From a virus (lineage: Duplodnaviria > Caudoviricetes), in IMG/VR virus record IMGVR_UViG_3300045741_000116, positions 1 through 58,984 of that record: DNA of 58,984 nt. One strand, 5' to 3'. This document shows, one piece after another, positions 28,901 through 37,765 of the stretch. A model generated the notes under the pieces. It worked only from the letters and a program-made list of their open reading frames with translations, was not told where the DNA came from and searched no databases. Every line of letters starts with the position of its first letter. Positions within the stretch are counted from its first letter, which is position 1. A program made the translations under genes and the position numbers.

Positions 28901-29010
28901 ATAGAATTCTGTAAAGCAGAGAACGTACCAATTTGAAGCTGGTAAGGGTCAGTCTTGGTATCAATTCCCTTTGCGAAATTGATGTTTACGTTCTGCTTTT
29001 GTAATGCCAT
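25975..29010 (-). CDS. Tail nozzle / tail tubular B-like stabilization protein
   Basis: 1011-aa beta-rich protein; N-terminal GIDTKTDP...LQNSIF...GRLTKRNG pattern; position after adaptor. Confidence 0.75.
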   Translation of the reverse strand: MALQKQNVNINFAKGIDTKTDPYQLQIGTFSALQNSIFDTTGRLTKRNGFKNVTTLPNTAQTTLTKLNDNLLATGSDLYAYSQDTDMWVDKGTIQPVSLDTLSLVRTGSNQTSPDAAVADSGLVCLVYVDAGAAAYQISDSRTGQQIVPRTLLPTNSSNPRAFLLGGYFIITFTAIVGGSNHFQYIAISTNAPTTVTSAVDIDTGLTSATSAHDGIVANNRLYLIWSGNGNTRLRYMDVILNQSVARNLAASVSQLVSVAADESTPTPTIWASYWQSGSGNAFTTAYNANLNAVPALAPTQFITSTTINELTMAINSNIMTALYQVTNTYSYSPNARTDYVASKTVSIAGSVSSQTIVARSVGLASKPFFQDSKIYFLTAYGLTTQTGTSATNEPTYFLMDSSGHVYMRLAATNAGGYARSFVLPTISVLNGTNYVPYLLNDFLATVNKGTGLPGGTPVNAIYTQTGISLAKFSINQTGQYSSEIAGALHLTGGQVWEFDGVKPVEHGFHLYPENIGLTASTTGGSMAASTYYYQFTYEWTDNAGNLHRSAPSIPVGSATTGSTSSITLQVPTLRLTYKVSPNPIRIVGYRWSAAQQTYYQFTSLASPTLNDPTVDSVTFTDTQADSAILGNTLLYTTGGIVENIAAPASIHSCLYQNRMFVIDAEDQNLMWYSKQVIENTPVEFSDLFTIYVSPTSGAQGSTGPLTALSAMDDKLIMFKKAAMYYLTGKGPDNTGANNDFSEPVYITSSVGTTNPSSVVLTPMGIMFQSEKGIWLLGRNLETKYIGAPVEKYNSDTVTSATAIEGTNQVRFIMSSGITLMYDYYYDQWATFSNISAISALLWQGQHTYLSSLGSVFQETPGTYLDGSNPVLMSFTTAWINIAGLQGYERFYFLHLLGTYFTPFKLAVQLAYDYNSSFSQNISVSQDNFSPVYGGDTLWGAGSVWGGPANAFEAQLFPQIQKCSSFQVTVNEIYDPSLGVAAGAGIAISGVNLTVGVKKGYRTQRASRQFG

Positions 29011-30656
29011 TAGAGAGTCTCATAAGTAATTGCAATGTAACCGCTTCCGCCAGTGCCGCCAGTTCCTACCGCAGACTGGTTACCTCCGCCTCCACCACCA
29101 CCGCCTGAGGCAGTTCCGCCGTTAGAGCCGTTAGTTGTGAAAAATCCGTTATGATTCTGGTATAAACCGCCGTTACCGCCGGCTCCACCAAGTCCGCTTA
29201 GTAGATTAGACGGGCAAGAACCTCCAGCTCCACCACCACCAGAGCCTTGAAAGTTGTCTGTGGTTTGTGCGCCTGTTCCTGCCGCGCCGCCGGGACCAGT
29301 GTTAACACCACCGTTAGCCGACTGACCTGCAGTTGAGCGTCCTCCGCCTCCACCGCCAGCTCCAGCTCCGCCTACACTGTTGCCGCCTGTGCCTGCTACT
29401 GCGCCTGAGGCTCCAGAGCCTCCACCGCCTGAGCCGTAGCCGAGCATGGCTCCGCCTTGACCGCCTGCACACGCGTTACTGTCACTAGTTGTATTGGCGT
29501 AACCGTACTGACCGCCTTGACCGCCGAGACCTCCAGGGAAAATCCAAGCAGTTCGGCCATTTGTATTGATTTGTAAGGTGCTTGGGCCACCAACATTTCC
29601 AGTATTTCCTAGGACACCTGCTGCTCCAGTGCCTGAGTTAGGTCCGTAGTTAGGATAACCGGCTCCCCCGACTCCACCGGAGCCCCCAGCACCTACTGAA
29701 ATATTGTAAGTTTCTCCAGGGGTTACTGCGATAGTATACGTAGTGATAGGAGCTGCTGCTCCGCCGCCTCCACCACCACCGCCGTTACCGACGTTGTCTA
29801 GGAAACCTGAAGATCCTCCGCCGCCTCCGCCTCCGCCGCCCGCGCCTTCTACGAAGAGTGTGTAGACGTTGGCCGGAACTGTGAAGCTAGAGTTAGAAGT
29901 ATATACCGATGTTACTCGGTGAGAGATTGGGTTAGCGAGTTTGGACGCTGTGATAGTGCTGTTAGCGATGTTGGCGTTGACTACACCTAGGTTACCGAGC
30001 TGAATTGTATTTGATACGATGGTAAGTCCAAAGTTATCAACTACATAGTCAGCTTTGATGTTGCCTGAGTTGTCCAGAGTCATTATCTTCTGGCTTGAGG
30101 GCAGGGTTGGGAATGTGATATCGAAGTTACTGCCTAAGGCTGGAGGGGGATTAAGAGTCATCCCAAACGTGCTGTTAGGTGTCAGGTTACGAAGAACAAG
30201 GCTACCTGCGTCCATGTTGGCAGCAATATTAGTATCTGACTGCCATACAAATGTCCCTGTACCGGTAACGTAGGTTGCTGAGGCAGGAGCTACTAGGTTA
30301 GAGATAGAGCCAGGAGTACCGGCTACTGCTCCAGACTGAGTCAGTCTGATGACGTTTCCAGAGATGTCCCTGTAGTAAAGATCTACACCATTGACGTAAG
30401 AAGTCCCTACTGCTGGAGTAGAAGCCTGCGCCAACATGGTAACGCCGGCTACCTGAGTCAGGAAGTGGTTATTGATAGGCAGGTCGGTATTAATGTTAAG
30501 AGCTGCTGGCGTAATCGGTACGCCTGAGCCAGCTGTATGCGTATGGCCGTCTACAATGCTTAAGGCGTTGTTTATATCCGTTGCGTAGTCAGGCCCTGGT
30601 TCTTGACCTACTACGGGAATAGGAAGGTTCATATTGGTTGATAATATGTAACTCAT
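29010..30656 (-). CDS. Tail fibre/spike with C-terminal Gly-rich module
   Basis: N-terminal attachment motif DGHTHTAGSGVPI; C-terminal FTVPANV...GGGGGG...GYIAITY. Confidence 0.8.
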   Translation of the reverse strand: MSYILSTNMNLPIPVVGQEPGPDYATDINNALSIVDGHTHTAGSGVPITPAALNINTDLPINNHFLTQVAGVTMLAQASTPAVGTSYVNGVDLYYRDISGNVIRLTQSGAVAGTPGSISNLVAPASATYVTGTGTFVWQSDTNIAANMDAGSLVLRNLTPNSTFGMTLNPPPALGSNFDITFPTLPSSQKIMTLDNSGNIKADYVVDNFGLTIVSNTIQLGNLGVVNANIANSTITASKLANPISHRVTSVYTSNSSFTVPANVYTLFVEGAGGGGGGGGGSSGFLDNVGNGGGGGGGGAAAPITTYTIAVTPGETYNISVGAGGSGGVGGAGYPNYGPNSGTGAAGVLGNTGNVGGPSTLQINTNGRTAWIFPGGLGGQGGQYGYANTTSDSNACAGGQGGAMLGYGSGGGGSGASGAVAGTGGNSVGGAGAGGGGGGRSTAGQSANGGVNTGPGGAAGTGAQTTDNFQGSGGGGAGGSCPSNLLSGLGGAGGNGGLYQNHNGFFTTNGSNGGTASGGGGGGGGNQSAVGTGGTGGSGYIAITYETL

Positions 30657-30949
30657 TAGAATACCACCAGATCCACCACAACAGGGGCTGAAGCGACTAG
30701 CAGCAGCGTGAGTTGGGGTGCTTGATTGTCGTCTTGCCTGTCATAAATAGTCGCTGCCGCTCTCTGCCTACAGATCTGCCATCCCTGGAGCTTACGTCCA
30801 AGCTTATGGTTCACTGAGTTGTTGCCTGTGCTGAGCTGCACGTCCTTAAGGATGACAGGGTTAGTCGTAGGACTGTCGATAATAGGATTCAATATATTGG
30901 CCCAGCGTGTCTGAGCTAGGTCCCAGTGGAGTTTAAGCGGCAGAGCCAT
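30656..30949 (-). CDS. Small tail protein
   Basis: VNHKLGRKLQGW motif common in tail proteins. Confidence 0.7.
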   Translation of the reverse strand: MALPLKLHWDLAQTRWANILNPIIDSPTTNPVILKDVQLSTGNNSVNHKLGRKLQGWQICRQRAAATIYDRQDDNQAPQLTLLLVASAPVVVDLVVF

Positions 30950-31998
30950 TAAAACCCTCCTATTGGACCGTTGTTACCGCCGGACCAGCCGTTAGACCAG
31001 TTACCGACGCGAGTGTCTGAGATCTTGTCTGGCATTCCAGCGTCTCTGTTAGCCGCAGACTCTTCGATACGCTTCGTGAGCATAGCCAGCTCTTGGATAA
31101 GCACTGAGCTGTCTGATTCTTCCTTGTCTAACGCATACTTAGCTGCTCTTACGATGACATACTCGACCCAGCCAGATATGCTGATGTCAGTAGTGTCTGT
31201 GTCTAAGAGAAGCTCTTTCAGTCTAGGGATATACCACAAGCGAATCTGCTGGTTACCTGAGGGCGTAGGAATGAACTCAATGTTACTGCCCATTGCCCGG
31301 TACTGGAGGTTGAATACACCGTAGATCGAAGAGGCTGTATTTGGGTACACGAATCGGTTCCTGTCAGCGAAGTTGAACTTATTGACAGTTACGAAGGCGT
31401 TGGTAGCGTTGTTTAAAGCCAGGTCCACGCCTGAGAGCTTGTAGAAAGGTCTAGGTGTAAAAGTAGTTCCAGTCAGGCTGTTCGTAAACGTATTAGAGCC
31501 GTTTGGAAGCGGGTAAAGGAAAGTACTTCCGTCTGCTGTGAACTGGATAGGAGTAGCTAGGAAGTAATCTTCGTAAACAGTTACTAATAGGTCGTATAAC
31601 TCAAACATTGCCTTGTTGATGTAGCCGTTCCACTCAGAGTCGGTTACGAACTGGCTATTAACCCTATCCGCCCTTTGTTTGGCACTCAGTCTAATAGCCG
31701 CTAGAGACATCTCACCTGTGGGGGTAGGGATAGCACTAGCGCTGGACGTCTGCGGGCTATCTAGGCCGTTAGACGCAGCCACAGTGTACCAATACTGAGT
31801 CCCAAGGGTCACCGCTGTGTCCAAGTATTGTGTGGCCAGAGGAGACCCTGAAATAGTCGATACCAGGGTAAACGTAACGTTGTCTAAGCTACGGTACACC
31901 TTGTATGACGTTGCGCCAGTAGATAAAGACCAGCTAACCAGGATTTGCTGGTTAGCAGTCTGTACGGCAAAATTTGAAGGTACTCCAGGAGCAGCCAC
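30949..31998 (-). CDS. Head-tail adaptor with N-terminal fibronectin type III domain
   Basis: PSNF...VSW...GATSYKVYRS...YWYTVAASN (Fn3), then RADR...EWNGYIN adaptor-like helices. Confidence 0.75.
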   Translation of the reverse strand: MAAPGVPSNFAVQTANQQILVSWSLSTGATSYKVYRSLDNVTFTLVSTISGSPLATQYLDTAVTLGTQYWYTVAASNGLDSPQTSSASAIPTPTGEMSLAAIRLSAKQRADRVNSQFVTDSEWNGYINKAMFELYDLLVTVYEDYFLATPIQFTADGSTFLYPLPNGSNTFTNSLTGTTFTPRPFYKLSGVDLALNNATNAFVTVNKFNFADRNRFVYPNTASSIYGVFNLQYRAMGSNIEFIPTPSGNQQIRLWYIPRLKELLLDTDTTDISISGWVEYVIVRAAKYALDKEESDSSVLIQELAMLTKRIEESAANRDAGMPDKISDTRVGNWSNGWSGGNNGPIGGF

Positions 31999-32030
31999 TT
32001 AAACCTCTGTTATTATTAGGGGTTTAGTGA

Positions 32031-32453
32031 TTATTCCCCAGGAAGAATTACTGAACTCTGACTGCAGATCATCATGATGTTGATGGCTGAGCCAGAAGCC
32101 GGGTTAGCCAGTGCTCCAGCAGCGTCCAAAGTCTTAACTGTCAGGACGGCTCCGGTAGAAGTCTGTACGCTGGTAGTAGGATCGTTTTGGATCTCAATAC
32201 CGAGGATGCCAGACAAGCCAGAAGACGGAGACTGCATAGACCCGTGGGCGCTAAACAGCTTTACGAAGTTAGTTTGCGGCTGGAGTGTAATAGTATACAC
32301 GCCTGTAGACGCTTTAACTGCAGAAAGGACGGTAGCTCCAGAAACGCTAGAAACAGCGCCGGAAGCTCCGATGTTGATAACGCAATCAATCATTGCGGGG
32401 GAGACGTGCATTGAGTAGATCTTTCCACCCGATGCCCAGTTACGATTGGCCAT
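32031..32453 (-). CDS. Probable head decoration/cement protein
   Basis: Small beta-rich protein with STGVYTITL; first late gene after the accessory island. Confidence 0.6.
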   Translation of the reverse strand: MANRNWASGGKIYSMHVSPAMIDCVINIGASGAVSSVSGATVLSAVKASTGVYTITLQPQTNFVKLFSAHGSMQSPSSGLSGILGIEIQNDPTTSVQTSTGAVLTVKTLDAAGALANPASGSAINIMMICSQSSVILPGE

Positions 32454-32566
32454 GATAACCTCTTTTTGCCCCTATTGTGACCGTAGAGTCGTTAGACGCG
32501 GTCTCACCAGGGTAGGAGGGGTGCCAGCCTGGGAAGTGCTCGAGGTTATCTCCAGCTCTACAATAG
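32454..32566 (-). promoter_or_regulatory. Structured 5' leader with anti-RBS
   Basis: GATAACCTC complementary to GAGGTTATC at the RBS; additional stems. Confidence 0.5.
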
Positions 32567-32578
32567 TCAAGGGCGCTT
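32558..32578 (-). promoter_or_regulatory. Putative late promoter motif, copy 3
   Basis: AAGCGC CCT TGACT ATTG TAG. Confidence 0.7.
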
Positions 32579-32941
32579 GTGGAGGCGTGATTTCAGGGTG
32601 TCTAAGAGGTATTCTATCTTGAATTTGTCGTTTAGCTGCCTATTACGGCCTGAGGGATGCGGCAGGTGGTATAGTTCTACTACCCACCCGTTTCTTTTAA
32701 GCGTCTTTTCGACCCTTTTACGGGCTTTTAGGCCTAAAGTAATGATAGGCTGGTTAATTATCTCAGATCGACGTAAAGCGGCAGCCAGGATATCAGGGTC
32801 GTTACTGTTGACTGCCCAGTAGGTTACGTCTAAATGAGCCGCCCAGGCTTTTAACCTGGGCTCACACTTAGCACCCACGAAGGCTACGTGGGTGTCAGTG
32901 TTAAGTTTAGACGGCTCGTCACCTACAAATAGTACTCTCAT
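32567..32941 (-). CDS. Minimal uracil-DNA glycosylase-superfamily protein
   Basis: VLFVGDEPS, AFVG, IITLG, LPHPSGRN motifs. Confidence 0.75.
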   Translation of the reverse strand: MRVLFVGDEPSKLNTDTHVAFVGAKCEPRLKAWAAHLDVTYWAVNSNDPDILAAALRRSEIINQPIITLGLKARKRVEKTLKRNGWVVELYHLPHPSGRNRQLNDKFKIEYLLDTLKSRLHKRP

Positions 32942-33068
32942 ATAAGTTGAGCTGCCAGGATGATTAGGAGTGCTATCCCTACCCCTGTCTGTCCACCGAA
33001 ACAGTAACCAACTCCTACCATTAGGAGGTTAATTATTACTGCCTTAATGTTATGCGCTGTCCGGCGGG

Positions 33069-33072
<4 letters not shown>
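32938..33072 (-). CDS. 44-aa membrane protein (not in ORF track)
   Basis: [44 protein letters not shown]; ATGA overlaps at both ends. Confidence 0.6.
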
Positions 33073-33639
<567 letters not shown>

Positions 33640-33672
33640 TAACAGTTTTATATACTTTTTGAGAATCTTAGC

Positions 33673-34578
33673 TTAGTCTACCTTGAAGTTAGAAGTTTTA
33701 GCCAACTCGTCCTTGTACCATTCTGGGAGACCTCTGATAGCTACGCGCTTAACCGTGGGGAAGAAGTGCTCAAACAGCTTCTGTTTGATCTCGTCTGCAC
33801 ACTCGGCCTCGATATCGGCTTGTACCTCTTTAAGGAGGGGCCCGATGTCTGAAGGGGTACCGGTAAGCTTCCCTGCTTCTTTAAGATGCTGGACTGCCTT
33901 ATTCCAACGAGCAGGCGTCTTGTATTGCTCGGCTAGCATAAGGTGAAACTCCCCGCTACTTGGGTTAGTTTCTTTCCAGTTCTTACCGTGCACCTCTTTA
34001 AATGCCTCTGACACATACTTACCGAGGAAGACTTTGCCATCGTTAGCAAACCGCTTGTAGTTCTTTACTACGACTCCTTCTACCTTCTGGCCGCCTAGAA
34101 CAGAAACGGTCTCCATAAGAGCCTTGAACATATTGTAATCAGTAACCATTCCTTCAAATACAATCGGTACGGTTTCAAGTCCAATACGTTCAGCTTCAGC
34201 TTTCTTATCCGCGTAAGGAAGATAGACTTCTTGTGCGGGAGAAATATCAAAAATAATGATATTGTTCTTCGGCGCTCGGTCATAGGCCAAAGCGTTATGT
34301 TTAGGCTTGTTTAGATATTCACCTCTGTAGGTGTAGCCGTCTTTAAGTAAAGGCTTAAGCTCCTGGATAACCTCAATAGCCCTGGTGAACATCTTCTCAG
34401 GCGCCTCTATGATCAATTGCTGGCCTTTAGACCTAGCCTTGAGCTCGCCATCGAACACTCCGAAGCTGAACTGACTACCATCCACCTTTTCCTCAATAAT
34501 CACTGGGTCAAGGAAAATGTCCTGAATTACTCCATGCCCTAAAGAATAAATCTTTGGATAGGTGTGCCATGATGTCAT
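33673..34578 (-). CDS. RNA ligase (Rnl2-like nucleotidyltransferase)
   Basis: YPKI, EEKVDGSQF (KxDG), RGEY, IFDI, EGVVVK motifs. Confidence 0.8.
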   Translation of the reverse strand: MTSWHTYPKIYSLGHGVIQDIFLDPVIIEEKVDGSQFSFGVFDGELKARSKGQQLIIEAPEKMFTRAIEVIQELKPLLKDGYTYRGEYLNKPKHNALAYDRAPKNNIIIFDISPAQEVYLPYADKKAEAERIGLETVPIVFEGMVTDYNMFKALMETVSVLGGQKVEGVVVKNYKRFANDGKVFLGKYVSEAFKEVHGKNWKETNPSSGEFHLMLAEQYKTPARWNKAVQHLKEAGKLTGTPSDIGPLLKEVQADIEAECADEIKQKLFEHFFPTVKRVAIRGLPEWYKDELAKTSNFKVD

Positions 34579-34886
34579 TTTAACTCCCTTGTAAAAGGTA
34601 TTACTTTTCTTTTAGCTTTAAAATCAACTCTAATGATATCAGCTACCGGCGTCAAGTCTAAGGGCGGCGGTGGCTTGGTAATGAAGTTATAGTGCTCGGT
34701 AGCCTGCAGCAGCGTCCTGAACGGCCCGTGCCCTTGCGGGCTAGCCGGGTCTGACCAGAAGTAGTTGCCGCCCGTGTTTAATCTAGGGTCTGGGCGCTGC
34801 TCAAACAGCCCATAGATAGGCTCCAAGGTATAAAAAGTCACCTGAAGAGCCGCTATATAGGCTACCGTGTTCTTCATATGGGTCAT
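34575..34886 (-). CDS. Hypothetical protein
   Basis: Coupled ORF. Confidence 0.6.
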   Translation of the reverse strand: MTHMKNTVAYIAALQVTFYTLEPIYGLFEQRPDPRLNTGGNYFWSDPASPQGHGPFRTLLQATEHYNFITKPPPPLDLTPVADIIRVDFKAKRKVIPFTRELK

Positions 34887-35065
34887 TAGTTCACCAGTTG
34901 ATTGAACGCCGAGAACGCCAGGGCTGCGGTTGGGACCAAGAACAAAGCGGCTACCAGCTTAGCGAGGAGCCGTTTAGAATACAAGAAGTAGAGACTAATG
35001 TCAATAACTAGCATTGTCGCCCCTACTGTCGTAATCAAATAAACAAGAGCATAAATAAGTTCCAT
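34886..35065 (-). CDS. Small two-TM membrane protein
   Basis: AAGGAGG RBS before ATG 35065; hydrophobic. Confidence 0.6.
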   Translation of the reverse strand: MELIYALVYLITTVGATMLVIDISLYFLYSKRLLAKLVAALFLVPTAALAFSAFNQLVN

Positions 35066-35084
35066 AGAACCTCCTTGCATGACT

Positions 35085-35291
35085 CTACTTCTTCTTTTTG
35101 TTCTTGTCAACGCCTTCTGGGAGGAGTGGAACTATTTCATAAGTCCAGTTGTTGTAGCTAGATACCCAGTTCTCGATGTACTCCTGGGCTTGAAAGATGC
35201 TGCCCAAAGACTTCTGCTCGAGTACGTGGCCTGCTGGCGCCTTGATTTCCCAGTTAAACTTACCTGTTTGGATCATATACACTTTTGTCAT
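35085..35291 (-). CDS. Hypothetical protein
   Basis: AAGGAGG RBS before ATG 35291. Confidence 0.65.
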   Translation of the reverse strand: MTKVYMIQTGKFNWEIKAPAGHVLEQKSLGSIFQAQEYIENWVSSYNNWTYEIVPLLPEGVDKNKKKK

Positions 35292-35476
35292 GCTGCCTCC
35301 TTGTAGGTTACCTGAGTTAGCTCCTCTGCCCTGTCTTCCCGCTCGAACAGCTCGGACCAATCAGTTACCTGGCAATAGAGCCACAGAGCTGACCCGTCGT
35401 CAGTAGTAATGGTGTACTGACTGCCGTCTGGTCTAGTCACCAGGACTTGGTTTGAATTAACTAGTTCGAAGTTCAT
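35288..35476 (-). CDS. Hypothetical protein
   Basis: GGAGG RBS, ATGA coupling. Confidence 0.65.
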   Translation of the reverse strand: MNFELVNSNQVLVTRPDGSQYTITTDDGSALWLYCQVTDWSELFEREDRAEELTQVTYKEAA

Positions 35477-35640
35477 AGGACCTCCACTCGTTTAAATACC
35501 CAGCCGTATCGTAGTTTGGATCTGTCAAAAACGATCCATTCGTCGCCATGCATCAGGTAGGCTTCTAGCCTACCGTCGTCGTGCATAAACATGCATTCTA
35601 CTCTGCCTGTACTAAGCTGTTCTGCAATGTATAGGCTCAT
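35473..35640 (-). CDS. 55-aa hypothetical protein (not in ORF track)
   Basis: MSLYIAEQLSTGRVECMFMHDDGRLEAY...; ATGA overlaps both sides; HDDGRLE resembles HESGRIE of upstream gene. Confidence 0.6.
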   Translation of the reverse strand: MSLYIAEQLSTGRVECMFMHDDGRLEAYLMHGDEWIVFDRSKLRYGWVFKRVEVL

Positions 35641-35858
35641 AACTCACCAGGTTCGCCGAGCTCGCTGAGGTACTCCGCCTCAAGGTAAGCTAGAAACGTA
35701 TAGTTGTCAAAGTAGCCTGTTCGCCAGTGGTTCAAGAACTGGTCATAGATCTCAATTCTACCAGATTCGTGTACGATGGCTAGGTTAGCTACTGCGCCAA
35801 TGGCGTAGTAACCAGGCGTAAGCTTACCGTTTGTTGTATATTCGTTATGGGACTTCAT
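35637..35858 (-). CDS. Hypothetical protein
   Basis: Coupled ORF. Confidence 0.6.
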   Translation of the reverse strand: MKSHNEYTTNGKLTPGYYAIGAVANLAIVHESGRIEIYDQFLNHWRTGYFDNYTFLAYLEAEYLSELGEPGEL

Positions 35859-36154
35859 GACAGCCCCTTTTCTGTGTGCTCGTAGAGATTGTAGAAGTAC
35901 TCTTCGTAGTCGAAAGTCTCCATATCAATCAGAACGATCTTGTCCTTTACTGCCTGCTCCACCATTCTAGCAAAGAAATCAGCCGGTTGAGGGCCGCTCT
36001 TGCTCCAGTAAGCGTCTTCTACCATTGATTGGAAGAAGTAGTTGTTGTCGAGCATGTCTGCGTAGTCCTGGCAGAGCATCTCGTTGCGACGGCTGTTCTC
36101 GTAGTCTTCCATAGTTCCGATAAAGATTGGTGCTTCTTGTTTTAAGTACATCAT
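35855..36154 (-). CDS. Acidic hypothetical protein
   Basis: AGGAGG RBS before ATG 36154; Asp/Glu/Tyr-rich. Confidence 0.65.
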   Translation of the reverse strand: MMYLKQEAPIFIGTMEDYENSRRNEMLCQDYADMLDNNYFFQSMVEDAYWSKSGPQPADFFARMVEQAVKDKIVLIDMETFDYEEYFYNLYEHTEKGLS

Positions 36155-36170
36155 AAGTCCTCCTGAAACC

Positions 36171-36199
36171 AGATTACCCCTGATAGAAAAGACTTGCAA
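36171..36199 (-). promoter_or_regulatory. Sigma70-like promoter TTGCAA-N17-TAATCT with upstream A-tract
   Basis: Canonical spacing; heads the accessory island. Confidence 0.7.
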
Positions 36200-36226
36200 T
36201 TTTTATTTTTTTAGTGTCTCAAAACG

Positions 36227-36248
36227 AAAAAAGGCCCTGTTAAGGGCC
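36227..36248 (-). terminator. Rho-independent terminator
   Basis: GGCCCT TAAC AGGGCC TTTTTT. Confidence 0.75.
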
Positions 36249-36318
36249 ATAACGAGGTAGGCGTGCTCTAACGCCTCGTTTTGATATAATTAGAAGTGCA
36301 TTATATCTCCTGTTTAAT

Positions 36319-36351
36319 AAAAAAGGCCTGGGACTTTACTCCAGGCCTTTT
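36319..36351 (-). terminator. Terminator after major capsid gene
   Basis: AAAAGGCCTGG...CCAGGCCTTTTTT. Confidence 0.8.
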
Positions 36352-36383
36352 AAGGAATATTCGAAGAATATACCTTTTATGGA

Positions 36384-37688
36384 TTAAGCAGAAAGCTGAA
36401 CAACACAGTTCATGCCAGGGGCAGAACAGATCAAGTTACCGTAGTAACCGATACGGATTTCCAGGGCATCCGCGTTTCCAACTCGGAGTCCTTCCAAACC
36501 TTCCATACCGTAGGTAAGGATGTGTGGAACTTTACCCAAAGAGCGCAGTTTCCATGTGTTCATTGTCAACATGTAGGCTGTTTGGGGAGGACATGAGCGG
36601 TCAGCAAGAACAGTAACACGTCCGTAAGCTGATTGGAAGGTGATACCTTCGAAAGCCACTTCAACTTCGTCGTGGTTAACTTGAACGTACTGAACTTTCG
36701 CTCCAAGAGCGTTAACAAGAGCAGCGTAAGAAGCGAAGTCCATGATGATAAGATCAGGTTTCGCGCCCTCACGGTTGCTGTATGCCAGAGCTGAAGTCAA
36801 ACCTTCTTCGATTGTCAGTGACTGAGCGTTGAAGCGCAGACCAGCCAAACGAGTAGGATCTGTGGATCGGTTAACACCCCAGAAGTTATCGTTGGAAGCA
36901 GGTGAACTTACCGGAATCCAAGCAGCCAGACCAGAGAGTGCCAAGAAAGAGCTAGTAGAAGAAGCTCCAGTTGACGGAAGGTCTCCGAGGATGGTAAGGT
37001 AAGCTGATCCAGTACCGATAGCCCAGTTAGCAGACAGAGTAGCTGCAGAAGCAGTTCCAGTAACTACGCCAGTAGCGCGGTTAACGCTAGTGATAGTCAC
37101 AGTGTCTGTAGAAGGAGCGCCACCGTCAGTAGCAGAAGCAACGAGTACCATTCCAACTTCGAACGCTACGATTTGTTGAGCGTTAGTCAAAGGAAGTACT
37201 GTTCCACCAGCTGTAGTACCTGACTGGGTAGAAGCAGAACTAGAAACACCGCGAGTAGCAGTTCCTGATCCAAACAATTCGAAAGCGATGTTGTTTGTGA
37301 TGTTGCGGAAACCGCCATCCATTTGAAGCTTAGCAGCGTCAACGAATGCACCAGCGTTGGTCTTAGTTTGTTCCATTAACAAGTTAGTGATAGTAACCAA
37401 TTGGTAGTCTTGGATTACGTATACGAAGAAAGACGCCAAAGAAGACGCAGTCTGCTGGTTCTGAGCGTTAGCAAACGTATGCGCACGACCTTGGGGGTTT
37501 CCGTACTCGAGTGGTACCGGGATGTATTTACCGGCAAAGCCATCGGGTGATTCGTTCTTAGGAACAAGTGCAAGGAATGGATTTTCCTTATACACTAAAT
37601 CCTTCATATATTCTTTGTCGTCCGTATACAGCTCTTTCAGGGCTGCAATCTGGTTCGAACTATTTGCATATTGTGGAGAAATTGACAT
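36384..37688 (-). CDS. Major capsid protein
   Basis: 434 aa; follows portal and scaffold; biased codon usage; terminator downstream; ALKELY...NPFLALVPK N-terminus. Confidence 0.85.
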   Translation of the reverse strand: MSISPQYANSSNQIAALKELYTDDKEYMKDLVYKENPFLALVPKNESPDGFAGKYIPVPLEYGNPQGRAHTFANAQNQQTASSLASFFVYVIQDYQLVTITNLLMEQTKTNAGAFVDAAKLQMDGGFRNITNNIAFELFGSGTATRGVSSSASTQSGTTAGGTVLPLTNAQQIVAFEVGMVLVASATDGGAPSTDTVTITSVNRATGVVTGTASAATLSANWAIGTGSAYLTILGDLPSTGASSTSSFLALSGLAAWIPVSSPASNDNFWGVNRSTDPTRLAGLRFNAQSLTIEEGLTSALAYSNREGAKPDLIIMDFASYAALVNALGAKVQYVQVNHDEVEVAFEGITFQSAYGRVTVLADRSCPPQTAYMLTMNTWKLRSLGKVPHILTYGMEGLEGLRVGNADALEIRIGYYGNLICSAPGMNCVVQLSA

Positions 37689-37718
37689 TTTAATTTCCTT
37701 TAATTAAATTTAAGTTAT

Positions 37719-37765
37719 TAAGATCTATTCGTTAGTAAGGACATCTTACTAACTGTAAGATCTTA
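37719..37765 (-). promoter_or_regulatory. Long imperfect hairpin upstream of capsid gene
   Basis: AAGATCT..GTTAGTAAG / CTTACTAAC..AGATCTT. Confidence 0.55.
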
